Part shown: piece after piece, positions 12,701 to 24,753 of the stretch | Position numbering within the stretch: the stretch's first letter is position 1 | Layout: each line of letters begins with the position of its first letter | From: Tubiluchus corallicola | Lineage: Eukaryota > Animalia > Priapulida | Direction: 5' to 3' | Length of the DNA: 64,000 nucleotides | Assembly: GCA_030141605.1 (NCBI GenBank) | Contig: JAQGDQ010000205.1 | Coordinates: forward strand, 248,001-312,000 | Translations under genes and position numbers: made by a program | The notes under the pieces: model-generated | What the model was told of the DNA's origin: nothing | Database searches by the model: none | What the model saw: only the letters and a program-made list of their open reading frames with translations

Positions 12701-15700
12701 TAGATTAATTTATAAAGCTGTGATATGTGGTTCCTCAATGAGGTGGCGATAAGTGACCCCTTTCTTTCTTTCTTTTCTTCATGCTTTATCTTTTTCCCTA
12801 TTATATTTTATAATAACAGTTGTGGCTTTGCTTTAGTGTTAACAAATGTTGTCTAAAGTTTGCGATTCCCCACACACAAGAAATTAGTTTTGTAAAATTA
12901 GAGTTGGGGTTAGCATTAGGGTTAGGGTTAGGATCAGGGTTAGGGTTATGATTAGGGTTAGGGTTAAGTTAGGATTAGGGTATTTAAATTGTGTGGGATT
13001 GCAAACTTCTTCGGAATTTTTTATAAACCAGTTTGTTTTGTTCGCATACATATCATTACCTGTGTTTTTGTGGAATAAATGGTAATACTGCATATGTACT
13101 TTTTGGAGAAATTCACTGTAGAAGAATCGTTCCAGAGCCAAGAATGTAGTTTTCTAAACATATCTATGCAGTGCAACTGTTACCTCAATAAAATTTCACT
13201 GAGAAGATGTACTCTCTTATCTAGGTAATAGGGAGCAGCTGATTGCATGTATTGTTATATACATAAAATAACAGGTGACCTATTTATAGAATTTGGTGTA
13301 TCCAGAAATACCAATTTTCTGATCTCAATTGTAACAGTTGAAGTGTAACAGGTTCAATTAGAAATCGGGCTAATATCTGCTGTTTTTAGGAAACAAAGGT
13401 AGAGGATTACGTTCCATTGCCAACTTTAGAAAAATTTCAAAATTTAAAGATCTCTACGCATCCCAAGGACAGCGTTGTTCCGTATGCGACGTCATCGCAG
13501 CGGAGAAAAACAAACCAGGTGAGAGTGTGCATCCTCATTATTATGCTAAATTATTTGTTTTGTATAAATGTGTTAATATTTAAGAATTAATGAAATGTTG
13601 TCACTGACAGTTAGATATTCACCGTAGTTTTACAGAGCAACAATAACTCACAAGCTTTTAACATCCATATAATGTATCAATACATTTGGTGCACAACTCC
13701 ATATTCATGCTTTAAATTGAAGTTACTGTGACGGCTAACAGTGACAGCTGTCCGTGTCAGAGACAAAATCTGATCTAAGCTCTTACTGCAAACAGCATTC
13801 CAGATGTGAAGATGTGTTATTAATGCCATGAATGCATTTTGGATGCTTTTTTTAAATACAGCTGTAGCTGTTTCCATCCTGTTTCTTCTCAAAACTGTTG
13901 ATAAGGGAATGTAAGGACCCAATTAGATATCGGTATTAACCCAGGAAAAAAAAAGAACTGATGAGCTATTGTCATTAGCATCTGTATACCAGGAGAGCAA
14001 CTGAGTGAAAAAAGAACATTTGTTTTTACAAAATTAAGCAATCATGTTAACCACAGTCAAAATTTTATCTGACACCACATGGCATTTTGCTATATAAAAT
14101 TTTTCTTGGCTGATTACTGTGCACTTCTAAACTGGAATGGCATTAAATTTTATTGCTATGCGTTTACGAAAACATTGAAATTTGAAAAGGACTTTGAACA
14201 TTTATGTAATTTTTTAAAATTGCTTTAAGATCACTGCAGAATGATCTTAAATACGTTAATGAGTAGATTATGTAATTAAAACTATTTTCATGTAATACAG
14301 TTTTTTGCAAAATTGCTTCAATGCTTGTTGTAATAACCAGTCATTAAAAATAGCAACCAATAATATATGCAAATTTACAAGCAGCAGTGGCAGCAGTTAC
14401 TTGTTTTAAAAATGCTACAAAAAACTCATTCGCTATACGAAATGAAAATCAATTAGTGTTTATCAGTTTCCCTCAACTGTATGTTGGCTTAGTTATATGC
14501 TGCATGGATTACCTTTTAACTAATGTACCATATTTTGAATATGTACATATGATAGAGCTATTTAACAGTTGCCAGTTTTAGGATGTGTACCGTATTTTCC
14601 CGTGTATAAGAGACCCTTTTTTGCTCAGAATTTTCACTTTAAAAATAGGGGGTCTCTTATACATGGGAGTAAGTCTTTTCAATAAGATGCATAAATTGTG
14701 ACACTAATGATTTTAAAGAAATAAGTGCTCTACAACTGTTTTGCGTGTCGCGTTCGACTATGAAGCGGTTGTAAGCAATACAAGCATCGTGACACAGGCA
14801 TTATCTCCTCGTTTTCTCTTTTCCTGTTACAGGTTTGCAGGTACGCACTTTAATATATACCAGTACTCTTTTTCTACAACACATTAACTGGTTTTATTTT
14901 GTTTTCAGTACCGCACTGAGTTGAAAAAAGTTGTACTTTACCCTCTAAAAATGTCCGTCTGAAAAAACTTTTTTCCAGAATTTTTGCCTAAAAATTGAAG
15001 GGGTCTCTTATACACAAGGGTCTCTTATACACGGGAAAATACGGTAATTAACATTCTGCAGTGCACAAGCATTTATAGTGTTTGTATCCTGTATGACTGT
15101 ATCTTTAAATATGATTAATACCTAGACTTGTTTTTCTTGCAGTCGTGTCTAGTCGTTTTCTTTTCGGACGGTGGGCAAACAGAGAGAGCGAGAAACTTTC
15201 TTAACGAAATGAGGGAAAGCCATGTATGTATTAAATATTTATTGTACAATGTATGTAAAATTTAATCATTTTGGTACAACAATTGCATGGTGGTGCATCT
15301 ATAGTTCGTTACCCAACAGCAAATTAGACTTCACAAATCAGTTAACTACTATTTGCATATTAACATCCTTGCAGATAATTATGTGGTGTCTTTGTTTTGC
15401 TGCGGTTTTACAAGTTATCTGCTAGCATTCCTTGCAATAGATGGCAGCAGCATCATGCTTTTAATAATGTCAATGTGCATGACGTGATTGCGAAGAAATT
15501 CCAAGTGTGGCTCATGCAGATATTGACACGTTTTTATTTTAACAGGAGCAGTAGTGTTTCATTACAGCATCAACTGTGATATTAATGTCTTTTTCCATAG
15601 TTTCTCCTCATTTGAGCAGTGAAATTGCTAGGCACAGCAGCTTCAGGCAGTGAGTGCATGGTGCTGCCATCTGTGGTTGATAATGTATTACTAATTATCT

Positions 15701-18338
15701 TGGGTATGGAGAATGGTGGTCGTTTACTAAGTGGATATGGGGTATGCTGTTGACCGCAGTCTGTGGTTAAGCAGTGCTACTTCTGATTAGTAACTGGATA
15801 CGTGCACTTTGTGATTGTTTACTAAGTGGGTATGGAGTATGCTGTTGACCGAAGGCTGTGCTTCAGCAATGCTACTTCTGATCTGTAGCAGGATAGGTGT
15901 GCTTGCATCTGTTATGCTGTACTCTGCTATTTACCTCATTAAGGGAGAATAAATTTTCATCTGGACAGTTTAGTGCTTCATCTGAGAGGTTTATCTTTAA
16001 TTCTGTCCACAGTTCTGGTACTGCCACAAGCATCTAAATTCATAAAATTTAATTTTACTGTCAAATCAATTGCTTTGGATGGTCATTCTGTGATGGTAAC
16101 TTCTGCATAAGCATATACTTCTTTTCTATATCATATTTTTTGCTTTGGACGCTCATTGCACGGTAGCATTATTTTGTTTGTTATTTTCTTACTCAGTAAG
16201 TTGTGAAATCCTGTAAGTGCAACTAATTGACCCAGTAGCTTTCTACTGGCAAATCATCTTGCCTTAACGAACTGATATATTGAAAACATGCCCTGACTGG
16301 CAGTTGCGGAGACTTGATACTTCATAGATAGCATACCGTCCAAACTAGATACCTTGTACGAAATGCTAAATGTTGGCTGTACAACTTCTTTATGCATCCA
16401 TTCTTCAACATTACGATCATGATAAAACAAAACTGGACCCAGTCTTAAACTGTAGGTCAAAACAATCTACTATTTAAAATATTGAAAGGAAACATACTAT
16501 TTTTTCAAAAGTGACTTACGCGAAAGAATTATTACCACACAAACACAATTTCACGTTTGCGCCACCAGATCTTCCCTGTTACATACATTTTGCCATTCTC
16601 TAGTTAGACAGGCACTAGCGTCTTCATTTTGGAAATGCATTGCACAAAATTGCTCACTTCAGATGCGTTAGTTTCTGACGAACTACAGAAATTCGACAGC
16701 TCATGTGTGAGCCCAGTGGTAAATTTGGAATTTGAATTTTTATCTTAAAACTTGCCTAGTTTTAGTATAACACACTGAATATCTTACAGTAGCACAGTAC
16801 TTCAATTTTCGCTTTCGCAAACACGTGCAACACGCTCGTGGAATATTTTTTTATTGTTGAAGATTACGTTAGTTTGTGATGTCATCAATAGTTGGGCTCG
16901 CCCTTCGTAATTAAATTTTGATTTACTATTTAATTATCAGAAACGCTTTTGCAGTATTAATTGTGTTAAAATGTATACTTTTTATCGGACTTGAAAATAG
17001 GATAATATATGAAAAATCATCCTGTCTTCCTTTAACACATTCTGCAAAAATTGATTACAGCATTTAAATTTTGAGCCTTTGAGCTTAATTTAACATTGTT
17101 GTTTTGTTAGTTGCACCATTGGTGCCTGTAACTCATTGAATTGTGCAGTTATATTTCCACTGTACCAATTGTTCTAATGACCTTTTCTAAAAGCAGTTTT
17201 TTATTATTTTACTTTATAATTTCAGCCAAATTGTAGTCTCATTCAGAGCAAGGAAGTGTCTGTTTCTGAAGACGACTCAAGACGTGTATTTGCTTCAGAA
17301 GCCTATACATCAATAGTTAAACTTGGTAAGAGATTTTTACCTAATGTCAGAAGCCTAAATGTCAATAGTTAACCCTTTCACTATGTAGTTGCTTTTTAAC
17401 TGGACTCATTGACTTTTGGACAATAATTTCTTGTGGTGTGTTACTAAAACAGAATCCTGTAAATAAACAAATAGTTGTTCATTATTGAGCACTAATATTA
17501 AATCTTAGTTTTATTTCTACACATGCACACACATACGTGCACACCCTCATAAATAAGCATGTAGTTATATTTAGAAATCAGTTTTCACAAAAGACACAAT
17601 ACTAATCCGATATATGCAACCATTTTTTAAGAATACAGAATAATCAACTAAACATACGTTTCACCAATGACCTACAAGTGGTTTTGTGTGGGAACATACC
17701 ATACAGTACAAGTATTGTGGAATGCACCTGGCTTTAGACGTTGATTGGTTAGTTAGCGTTACTTGTTGCAATCCCAATCCCGAATCGCTGCTAAACATTC
17801 CTGCCATGTTTTGCATGGCTATTACAGTGAAATAAACGGACCTGGGTGACTGCGCTTAGTGCTGAACTTGGGCGGCAGTCTACTGCCTTCCGTCCCTTGC
17901 ATGAAAAACATAAGCGGAAGCATTCTGCTTTCCATAGTGAAAGGGTTAAACTGGGTAAGAGATTTTTACCTAATTTCGAATTGTAGTTTTGCTCAAATTC
18001 AGTGTTTTTAAGAGGGGCTGACTAGATTAAGTAGAGAAGCTATTTATGCTATAATGATTAAGTACTATGTGTGTTTTAAAAGAGGTTATTGCTGATTGGA
18101 AAAAGAGAACTTACATGGTTCCTATTAAAATTGCATCTTTTCTTAACTTGTTTCATTGACAGGTCCAGTGATCGGATTCGAGTACAACGGAGACGGTGTA
18201 ACGGAAGCTTGTCAAAAAGCCGTAGCGAATACCGCATACGGCACAACTGGACTTGCATTCGTCAGCAGTAATAAAAACACTGCAATGCAGTTTGTCGAAA
18301 ACTTTTATAATTTTGCTAACATGCAGATGAGTATCTAA
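3764..18338 (+). CDS. RP2: Protein XRP2 (ARL3 GTPase-activating protein; TBCC/C-CAP beta-helix + NDK-like domain), 9 coding exons, 358 aa
   Basis: Exons 3764-3861, 6096-6213, 7039-7130, 8869-9041, 11830-11939, 13390-13518, 15143-15223, 17226-17325, 18163-18338. All GT-AG, phases consistent, total 1077 nt. Translation MGGCCASK...[15 protein letters not shown]...[18 protein letters not shown]...[31 protein letters not shown]...[13 protein letters not shown]...TQPIIEAS...[13 protein letters not shown]...NWKLLPE...SCLVVFF...[12 protein letters not shown]...[11 protein letters not shown] is colinear with human RP2 as I recall it. Confidence 0.97.
7978..8353. mobile_element. MITE family A, copy 1 (RP2 intron 3)
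   Basis: Ends TAAGCTTTTTCACAG ... CTGTGACAAAGCTTA form a TIR; the interior is colinear with 21626-22008 (ggaaaggtcaa.ggttaa, ctagaaccttа, tgacctacagcaactg.gcgtgcgcata). Confidence 0.8.
9134..9323. mobile_element. Small palindromic MITE remnant (RP2 intron 4)
   Basis: tcagactagcgagatttctc near 9134 is an inverted copy of gagaaaacttgctagtctga near 9293-9312; inner ctcgca/gagag motifs are also mirrored. Confidence 0.5.
12856..13008. repeat. Degenerate (TTAGGG)n array enclosed by short inverted repeats
   Basis: About 13 degenerate TTAGGG units at ~12898-12980, flanked by aagtttgcgattccccacacacaa (left) and ttgtgtgggattgcaaactt (right), which are near reverse complements. Confidence 0.75.
14590..15044. 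mobile_element. Tc1/mariner-superfamily (Tc2/pogo-like) MITE in RP2 intron 6
   Basis: TA|CCGTATTTTCCCGTGTATAAGAGACCC ... GGGTCTCTTATACACGGGAAAATACGG|TA: perfect 27-bp TIR with TA target duplication and internal repeats of GGGTCTCTTATAC. Confidence 0.9.
15722..15902. repeat. Tandem duplication of a ~95-bp unit
   Basis: gtttactaagtgg.tatgg.gtatgctgttgaccg...tgctacttctgat occurs at ~15722 and ~15817. Confidence 0.8.
17373..17945. mobile_element. piggyBac-type non-autonomous element in RP2 intron 8
   Basis: TTAA|CCCTTTCACTATG ... CATAGTGAAAGGG|TTAA: perfect 13-bp TIR starting CCC, with TTAA target duplication. Confidence 0.88.
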
Positions 18339-20109
18339 GTTACTCTATATTTTAATCTTTTCTTGCGATGGCAGACATAGAAGAATAACTTTTGCAATCA
18401 TGTTTGGAATTTTTGGACAGGACGTTGGACAGTTATTTTATTTTAAGTAAAGACATTTAGCAATTCTTCTAGCTTTTTAATAATAACAGTTTACTGTATT
18501 GTGCGATGCTGTATCTGTATTACTGTGAACAAAATACAACTATTTGAATGATGAACTGATGTAGTTAAAAACTATAGTGATTGTGTGAATTTTCATTTTG
18601 TACTGAAAGACTATAGAAAATTTTGAATTTTTCCTATTTTGATGAGGCTTTAAAAATACTGTTCGTACCGAATTTCAACTTTTCTTCTGCTTCAAATGCA
18701 CATGTAAATGAACACGTTACCTTTTACGTTTAATGCCATTCCAGCAGAAATCACTCCTTTCCACAACAGAAAATGTTTACTGTCCTTGAATATGATGAAG
18801 GTGATGAAGAAGTGAAAAGGGGGCAAAAGGCTTTTAGTCACAAAATATCTTTGTATAAAACATTGGGTTTTCCTTTGTTTCCAGCTGCACACAAATATAA
18901 ACACTCTGTAACGTTCATTTAAGAACTCGTTCAATATGATATTATATGCTATAAAGTTATTTTTATAGCTGCAAAGTTAATTTTAATGACTATGAAGGTA
19001 TCGTAATTTTCAGTGATTAAATAATTTATCTAAAATGATAAAAAATTGAACTACTTAGGACTTGAACATGTGACTCTGTGACCTTGTTGGTTTACAATAT
19101 GTGTGCAGGAATTTCGAAGCTTTTAGTGGCATGAAGTGTGAACATTACTACATAATTTCATTCGTAATCTTAATGGGAACAATGCCTAATGGGAACTTTG
19201 AGTATCCCATGATGCTGGGAGAGCTATGGCTAAAAATAGAAACAATAGAGACTAGAGTCAGTGAGTAACTTTTATGAGATAGCAAGATTGCATTGTACGT
19301 TATGCAAGTCTTTGATATTTATGCATAGGATGAAAATGTTCTTTGTGATACAAGCAGGGACATTTGTTTTGTGCAGCCCTGTATAGGTTGTTATCATGTT
19401 AATATTAAATATTAGAAAATAAGTTTCTCCTTTCTGTTTTAGCACGTTTTTCTTCCTTGTCTGCCATTTTGTAAAGATTTTCTGTATTTTTTCAGTTTTA
19501 TTTAATTTTACAAGCAAATTTTGATATTACATTTTTTAGTTTTTACGAATTTTTCCTAGAAAAACCTTAAAAGCTAATAATAAAAAGCTAGTAATAAAAT
19601 GTATATAATGTTTACTTATGAAATCGTATCAGTGTATTGCATAGTGTGCTGCTAGTATTTATTATATTATATTAAATAATTATGATTAATGTAAAACAAA
19701 GCAGTGTTGTTTAAATGTTGTTTTTGTTGTAGAAAAGATTTTTTATTAGAACACTAGATTGTACATTTAGTGTTATATTACTAAAATAAGATAAGATGAG
19801 ATAAATTTTTTTAACATCGATCATTTACATAAATAACACTAGCAGTTAAAGCTCTTTATCGACAATATATAATTATAAAATAAATCGATAAAATAAAAAT
19901 ACAAAAGTCATCTTAGAACCTAGTACAGAAAAAACTACAATCTAATTTTAGTGAAAATTAAAAGTAATAAAATTTTGGTTGATTTAAGATAAGAAAAAGA
20001 TTAAAATTGCTAATGGCAATATTATATAAAATTTTTAGTACAGAGAAAGATTACAAAATTTACTTCTAACATAAATAATAATAAGTTAATAATAGTCCTT
20101 TAATGCACA

Positions 20110-20362
20110 GTTGTTTAGGGCATAGTCCAGCGGTGACACGTAAGATATTCATTACTTATTTCCAAGATGGTCCCGTTTGTTATGTATTATGTGCTTGTTA
20201 CTTCAATAAATGTGCGTGTTTGCTCAAAGAGTCACCGGTACCATTTTCAATAAGTCTGTGTGCTTGGTCAAAGAGTCACCGATTATATATTCAATAAATC
20301 TGCGTGCTTGCTCAAAGAGTCACCAGTACCATATTCAATAAATCTGTGTGCTTGGTCAAAGA
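20110..20362 (-). mobile_element. 5'-truncated SINE copy (same family as 25405-25633) with a tandemly amplified core segment
   Basis: Shares gtttagg.cata.tcca, gacac.t.aag, tatttccaag.tggtccc, ttacttc.ataaa and cggtaccattttcaa with 25405-25550. The segment tcaataaatctgtgtgcttggtcaaagagtcacc repeats 3-4 times. Confidence 0.65.
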
Positions 20363-21625
20363 TCGATCGGTAACACGTTTGATAAATCCCGGCAGAGAGT
20401 AGCATAAAACATTCATAAGTCACAACTTCAAGAATTGTCTTCCACGCTTGGTTGTAGATTAAACTAGATCTTCGGTGAGTGATCATGAACTGTGTACAAG
20501 TTTCTAGTAAAATAGATTACAATTGAGCAGCAAATGAAATCGAAAAGAAACTTCACGAAAGTGTTAATGTTTTAATGCAAGACTGAACACTGAAACACTA
20601 CGTGGGCGAACGCGCGTAACTGACGGTGTCTCAGTGCCCAGGACCATGTCGATCATAGCATATTGTCCTTGCTCGACGTGGTAAAAGCTAATCTAGAACT
20701 AGTTTAGTTTAGTTTAGTTTATTTTTCCAAAATGCCATGACCTTATGTACAATATTAATATATGTATTGTAATGCATGTAATATAATGTTCGGAAATCGT
20801 CTCAGATCAAGAAGATAAATCTGTAAAGGCTTAAGCAGAATGCAAAATGGAAAGAAAAAATGTCGAATGTGCAAATAAAATTAATAAGGAGAATTAAATA
20901 CTAGGGTGGTAGAAAGAAAAAAGGAAATAACGAAAAGGAAAAGGACCTTACGGACACTCAGTCCTAACCTACAAAAATTCATTGAACATCTCGTGACAAA
21001 AGGAGATCGAACCCTTTTGCATCTAATTTACACTTGTCGTTATGTTAAATTCTGTGTGAAGCCGTTTGCACTATGCTTGAGGACTTTGTACTGATGTCTG
21101 GGGTGCTCAAATTTTATAGCTAAGCTAGGTATGATCTTTCTCCCGAATACTTACATTTTGTGATCAGTGCGTACGTCACTTTGCCAAAGGCCAAAGATTA
21201 TTTATTCAAAAACTTTATATGTCATCAAGCCGTAAGTGTATGTAGTATGTAAGCTGTATGTAAGTTGTAACTGTATGTAGGAAACCGTCCTCATATGACC
21301 TGTCATATTGTGTGAAAAATAAAAAACGCGAACTTGGCGTAATTTTAAGTCCCGTCTAGACTATCGGGCATCTACTATGAATCTTCATGCGTGTGACTGA
21401 AATGCAAGTCATAGCGTGAACGACACAGTTTTGCATGATACACATACCCTGTCAATAATCGGAATGTTTCACGTGTCAACCGACTATTGTTGCAGATCGA
21501 GCTTTGTTTCCCATCAGGAAAGCGTGATAGTCTCATCGAAGATGCGTGACGTGTGCAAACTTTGAATGTCACGACATTAGCGAGAGATAGCCTGTACTAC
21601 GAATTAGTCTTGCTCTTAGCTTTAA

Positions 21626-22008
21626 TAAGCCTTTTCACAATTCCAGCGATTGGTGATGATCTTGGAAAGGTCAAAGGTTAATTATATCATACAGTGCGTT
21701 TGTGTACCTTTGACAACGTATCGTAGCCCACGATATTGTAATAATAATTGTTTTAACGGCTAACTAGAACCTTATTTAGTTCACGTTTTCTTATTCCCAA
21801 GCAAGATGCTGCTACTAAATCACTCTACGCACAGACTAATGCGTAATTAAGTAAAATCCATGTAAAACAACTGACTTGCTGAACTAATGCGGCAGAAAGC
21901 TTTGCTTTTCCCACATGCACGTCACGGTGGTAGTTAAGACGCGTTGCTGTGGTAACCTTTGACCTACAGCAACTGCGCGTGCGCATAGCGACTCTGTGAA
22001 AAAGCTTG
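21626..22008. mobile_element. MITE family A, copy 2 (intergenic)
   Basis: TAAGCCTTTTCACAA ... CTGTGAAAAAGCTTG TIR; interior homologous to 7978-8353. Confidence 0.8.
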
Positions 22009-23612
22009 TTGCCTGATCTATCCTTTAACTTAAGAATACCGTAGTCATATAAGCATTGTGCTTTAATTGCTTATGATCTAACTGAAATTATTTAATGCAA
22101 TAGTTCTTATTGGTGAATTATCTGTGGTAATAAATGTGTTGTCAGTTTTAACAATCTAATTGTCTTTATTCGTAGCCACGTAAACAAAGAAAATAAAAAT
22201 GATTTAACATAATACAATTGTACTCTTTATTTTCATTCCGATACAGTCATTAGTCTTAAAAAAGACAGCGTCTCCAACCAGAAATTTTTTTCGTTCCTCC
22301 TAACGTAACTAGTAAAAAAGTCGTCATGTGAAGATGCACAAAACTGACCACAATTTCTTGGTCTTCTCTGTAGTTATAGCTTGCTTGTTACTGACATTAT
22401 TACAAATTATTACAGTAGTACAGTGTTTGTTGAATTGACGAAGAGACAAACTGCACTCAAATAAGTCAGCGAAGTCAACTAAGTGTGAAAATTGAAAACA
22501 TCGCACGTTGCTGACGTCAATGACGCTGACTAGCTTATCAGCAAAGAAGTTTTAATAATACTTTTGCAATATCATGTACATGTATGCCATAATTTATTAC
22601 TGCAATCAAGAAATTTTCATAACCGTGTTTGAATGATACTACGATTCAGTGAATGTTATAATGTCAGTCACAAAACTTCTCTATCTGCTAAGAGACCAAA
22701 TGGAGGTGATTAATGTAATTAATTAATTGATTATACAATCTCATGTAAATATTTTTAAAAGCACAGGTTGTAAATGTTATCCCGTATTTATCGTGGCTGC
22801 AATTTTAAATGTCACTTGAGCAATTTATGAAAAATGTAGCTTCTGATGAAAAGCACAAATGCAGCTCTGCATTACCTATACTGGAAGAAAATTGCAACGC
22901 CAAAGAAGGCTTATTGCGAAGTTTAACCAGAAGATGGGGCTAGTACTAATACGCACTTACATTTGGACACACTGAAATAACTAGAAAGTTTTTAAATTCT
23001 GAAACTACAACATACGTGTTATGATACTTTTATATTTTTACGAAAATAATGATTTTAATGCTGGCGACAATGCGAATCCTGGCAGTGATGCGTTGAAACA
23101 TAGAACAGAGCAAGCAGGTACCTGTTTCTATTAGGTTTCAACCTTTCTATTAGGTCTGCTAATAATTGAAAAGTTGCGAAAAAGATCTTCGTAAAGTATA
23201 GGCGATTTTATCACGCCTGACAGATTTATTACTTGTGAAATTGATTTATAAGTGGACATGCGGAGTTTTTGAGCAGCTTTCTTGCGTGTCAACAACCTTC
23301 TACCTGTAACTAGTAACGCGTCATTACTACGTCAGCATCCACGAGACTATGCGTTAAGAATGAGCAAAACTTCTGGCTGCGTTGCAGGCGTATAGCTCAT
23401 GGCATGCACGGTACACGTTAATGCAGACGCGTGATAATACTGTAATAATTATCGATCATTATTAATTGGTTACTTTAACTTAGTAGTACAGAACGAGCAA
23501 AGCATATATGCTTATAAGTGTAGTTAGCACAGTTAGGCATAGGATCGACAATACATCATAATCTGGGCCAGTGTTCTAGTCTTCATTTGAAAGTACTAAT
23601 AATTATAGTTCT

Positions 23613-24501
23613 TCAGTGATACCCTGTATCTAATGCACGTGATAGCGGATTGTTGTAAAAAGTTAAATCCGCAGCAATCATACAATTATCCGCCTTTGCA
23701 GCCTTGTGATGTTTATCCGCGCTGTCAAAGTCTATATTCTTCTTCGCAAGTTTCTGCATGATCTCTTCCATAATATCTCCTCGGTGTTCTGGTTTATCTT
23801 TTGGTTTTATATCTATACTTCCTCTATGATCTGCAGAATTACTTTTTTCTGCAGGATCGACGGTTATGATATTTTCTTTAGCCGCTATCTCGTTGACGTA
23901 ATTATAATAATCGTCTTCGTCGCCTTCCGACTCGTTACCCCAGCGCCGCCTAGATTTCGATTTTTTCCCTATTTGGTTGAAGAAATCTTTTTCAGCAGTT
24001 CTTCTATTTGCGTTTTTGCTTTCTTTCTCCTTTTTACCCTCTTTATCTGTCTTGCTACCCCCTGGGTTTGACACAGATGTGCCAATGAATATCCCCTTGC
24101 CTAAAACAAAAATTCAAGTTGATTAGGAATAAATAAAATCAAAATTTCATCAAAAACAAGTATAATTTGTCAGGTCTTAGACAGGAGCTAGCGAAGTAAA
24201 AGCAGAATTAACGCAACAGCATCGTAACGAAAGCAACAGCAGCACCTGCGACCACTGCCGGATTATGTGATTACGAGAAGCATGTGAACAAGAACAGTAT
24301 GAGTAATTAAATTCGATATGCAACAGTAATCTTGAGAACAACAGTAACCACAACAACAACAGCAGGAATAATGATTGTTGCGGCAACGAATGTATGGAAC
24401 TACACAAAGAAACCTCGACGACGACAACAACAATGGCAATTACTAAAAAAATCTACTAAAACATTTTTCTTACTGTTTTGTTTGTTCAAAGAAGCGCCCA
24501 T
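23613..24501 (-). CDS. Uncharacterised hydrophilic protein, 2 coding exons, 171 aa, possible N-myristoylation (MGASLNKQ...)
   Basis: Exon 24501-24474 (ATG GGC GCT TCT TTG AAC AAA CAA AAC A|gtaaga) joins in phase 1 to exon 24100-23613 (ttttgttttag|GC AAG GGG...), in frame with the 153-aa track ORF; total 516 nt. A candidate 5'UTR intron runs from a donor at 25992 to an acceptor at 24604. No family recognised. Confidence 0.7.
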
Positions 24502-24649
24502 GTAGATTTTCCCTGAGTTTCGTGCCGGTTAAGATTTTAACATTTATGAACCATCCAGAAGTCAGCTAAAACAAGAAACAGACAGTAGAATGTTGGACAA
24601 TAGCTAACAAAAACTACCAGACAGAGAGAGGAAGACAGAGAGTGAGAAA

Positions 24650-24753
<104 letters not shown>

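Noticed and set aside
12898-12980. True telomere or chromosome fusion site
   Set aside because: Short, degenerate, single orientation, intronic and enclosed by inverted repeats.
16487-17031. Kolobok-like element (tgaa|AGG...CCT|ttaa)
   Set aside because: Only about 5 bp of terminal match and an imperfect TTAA; cannot be supported without other copies.
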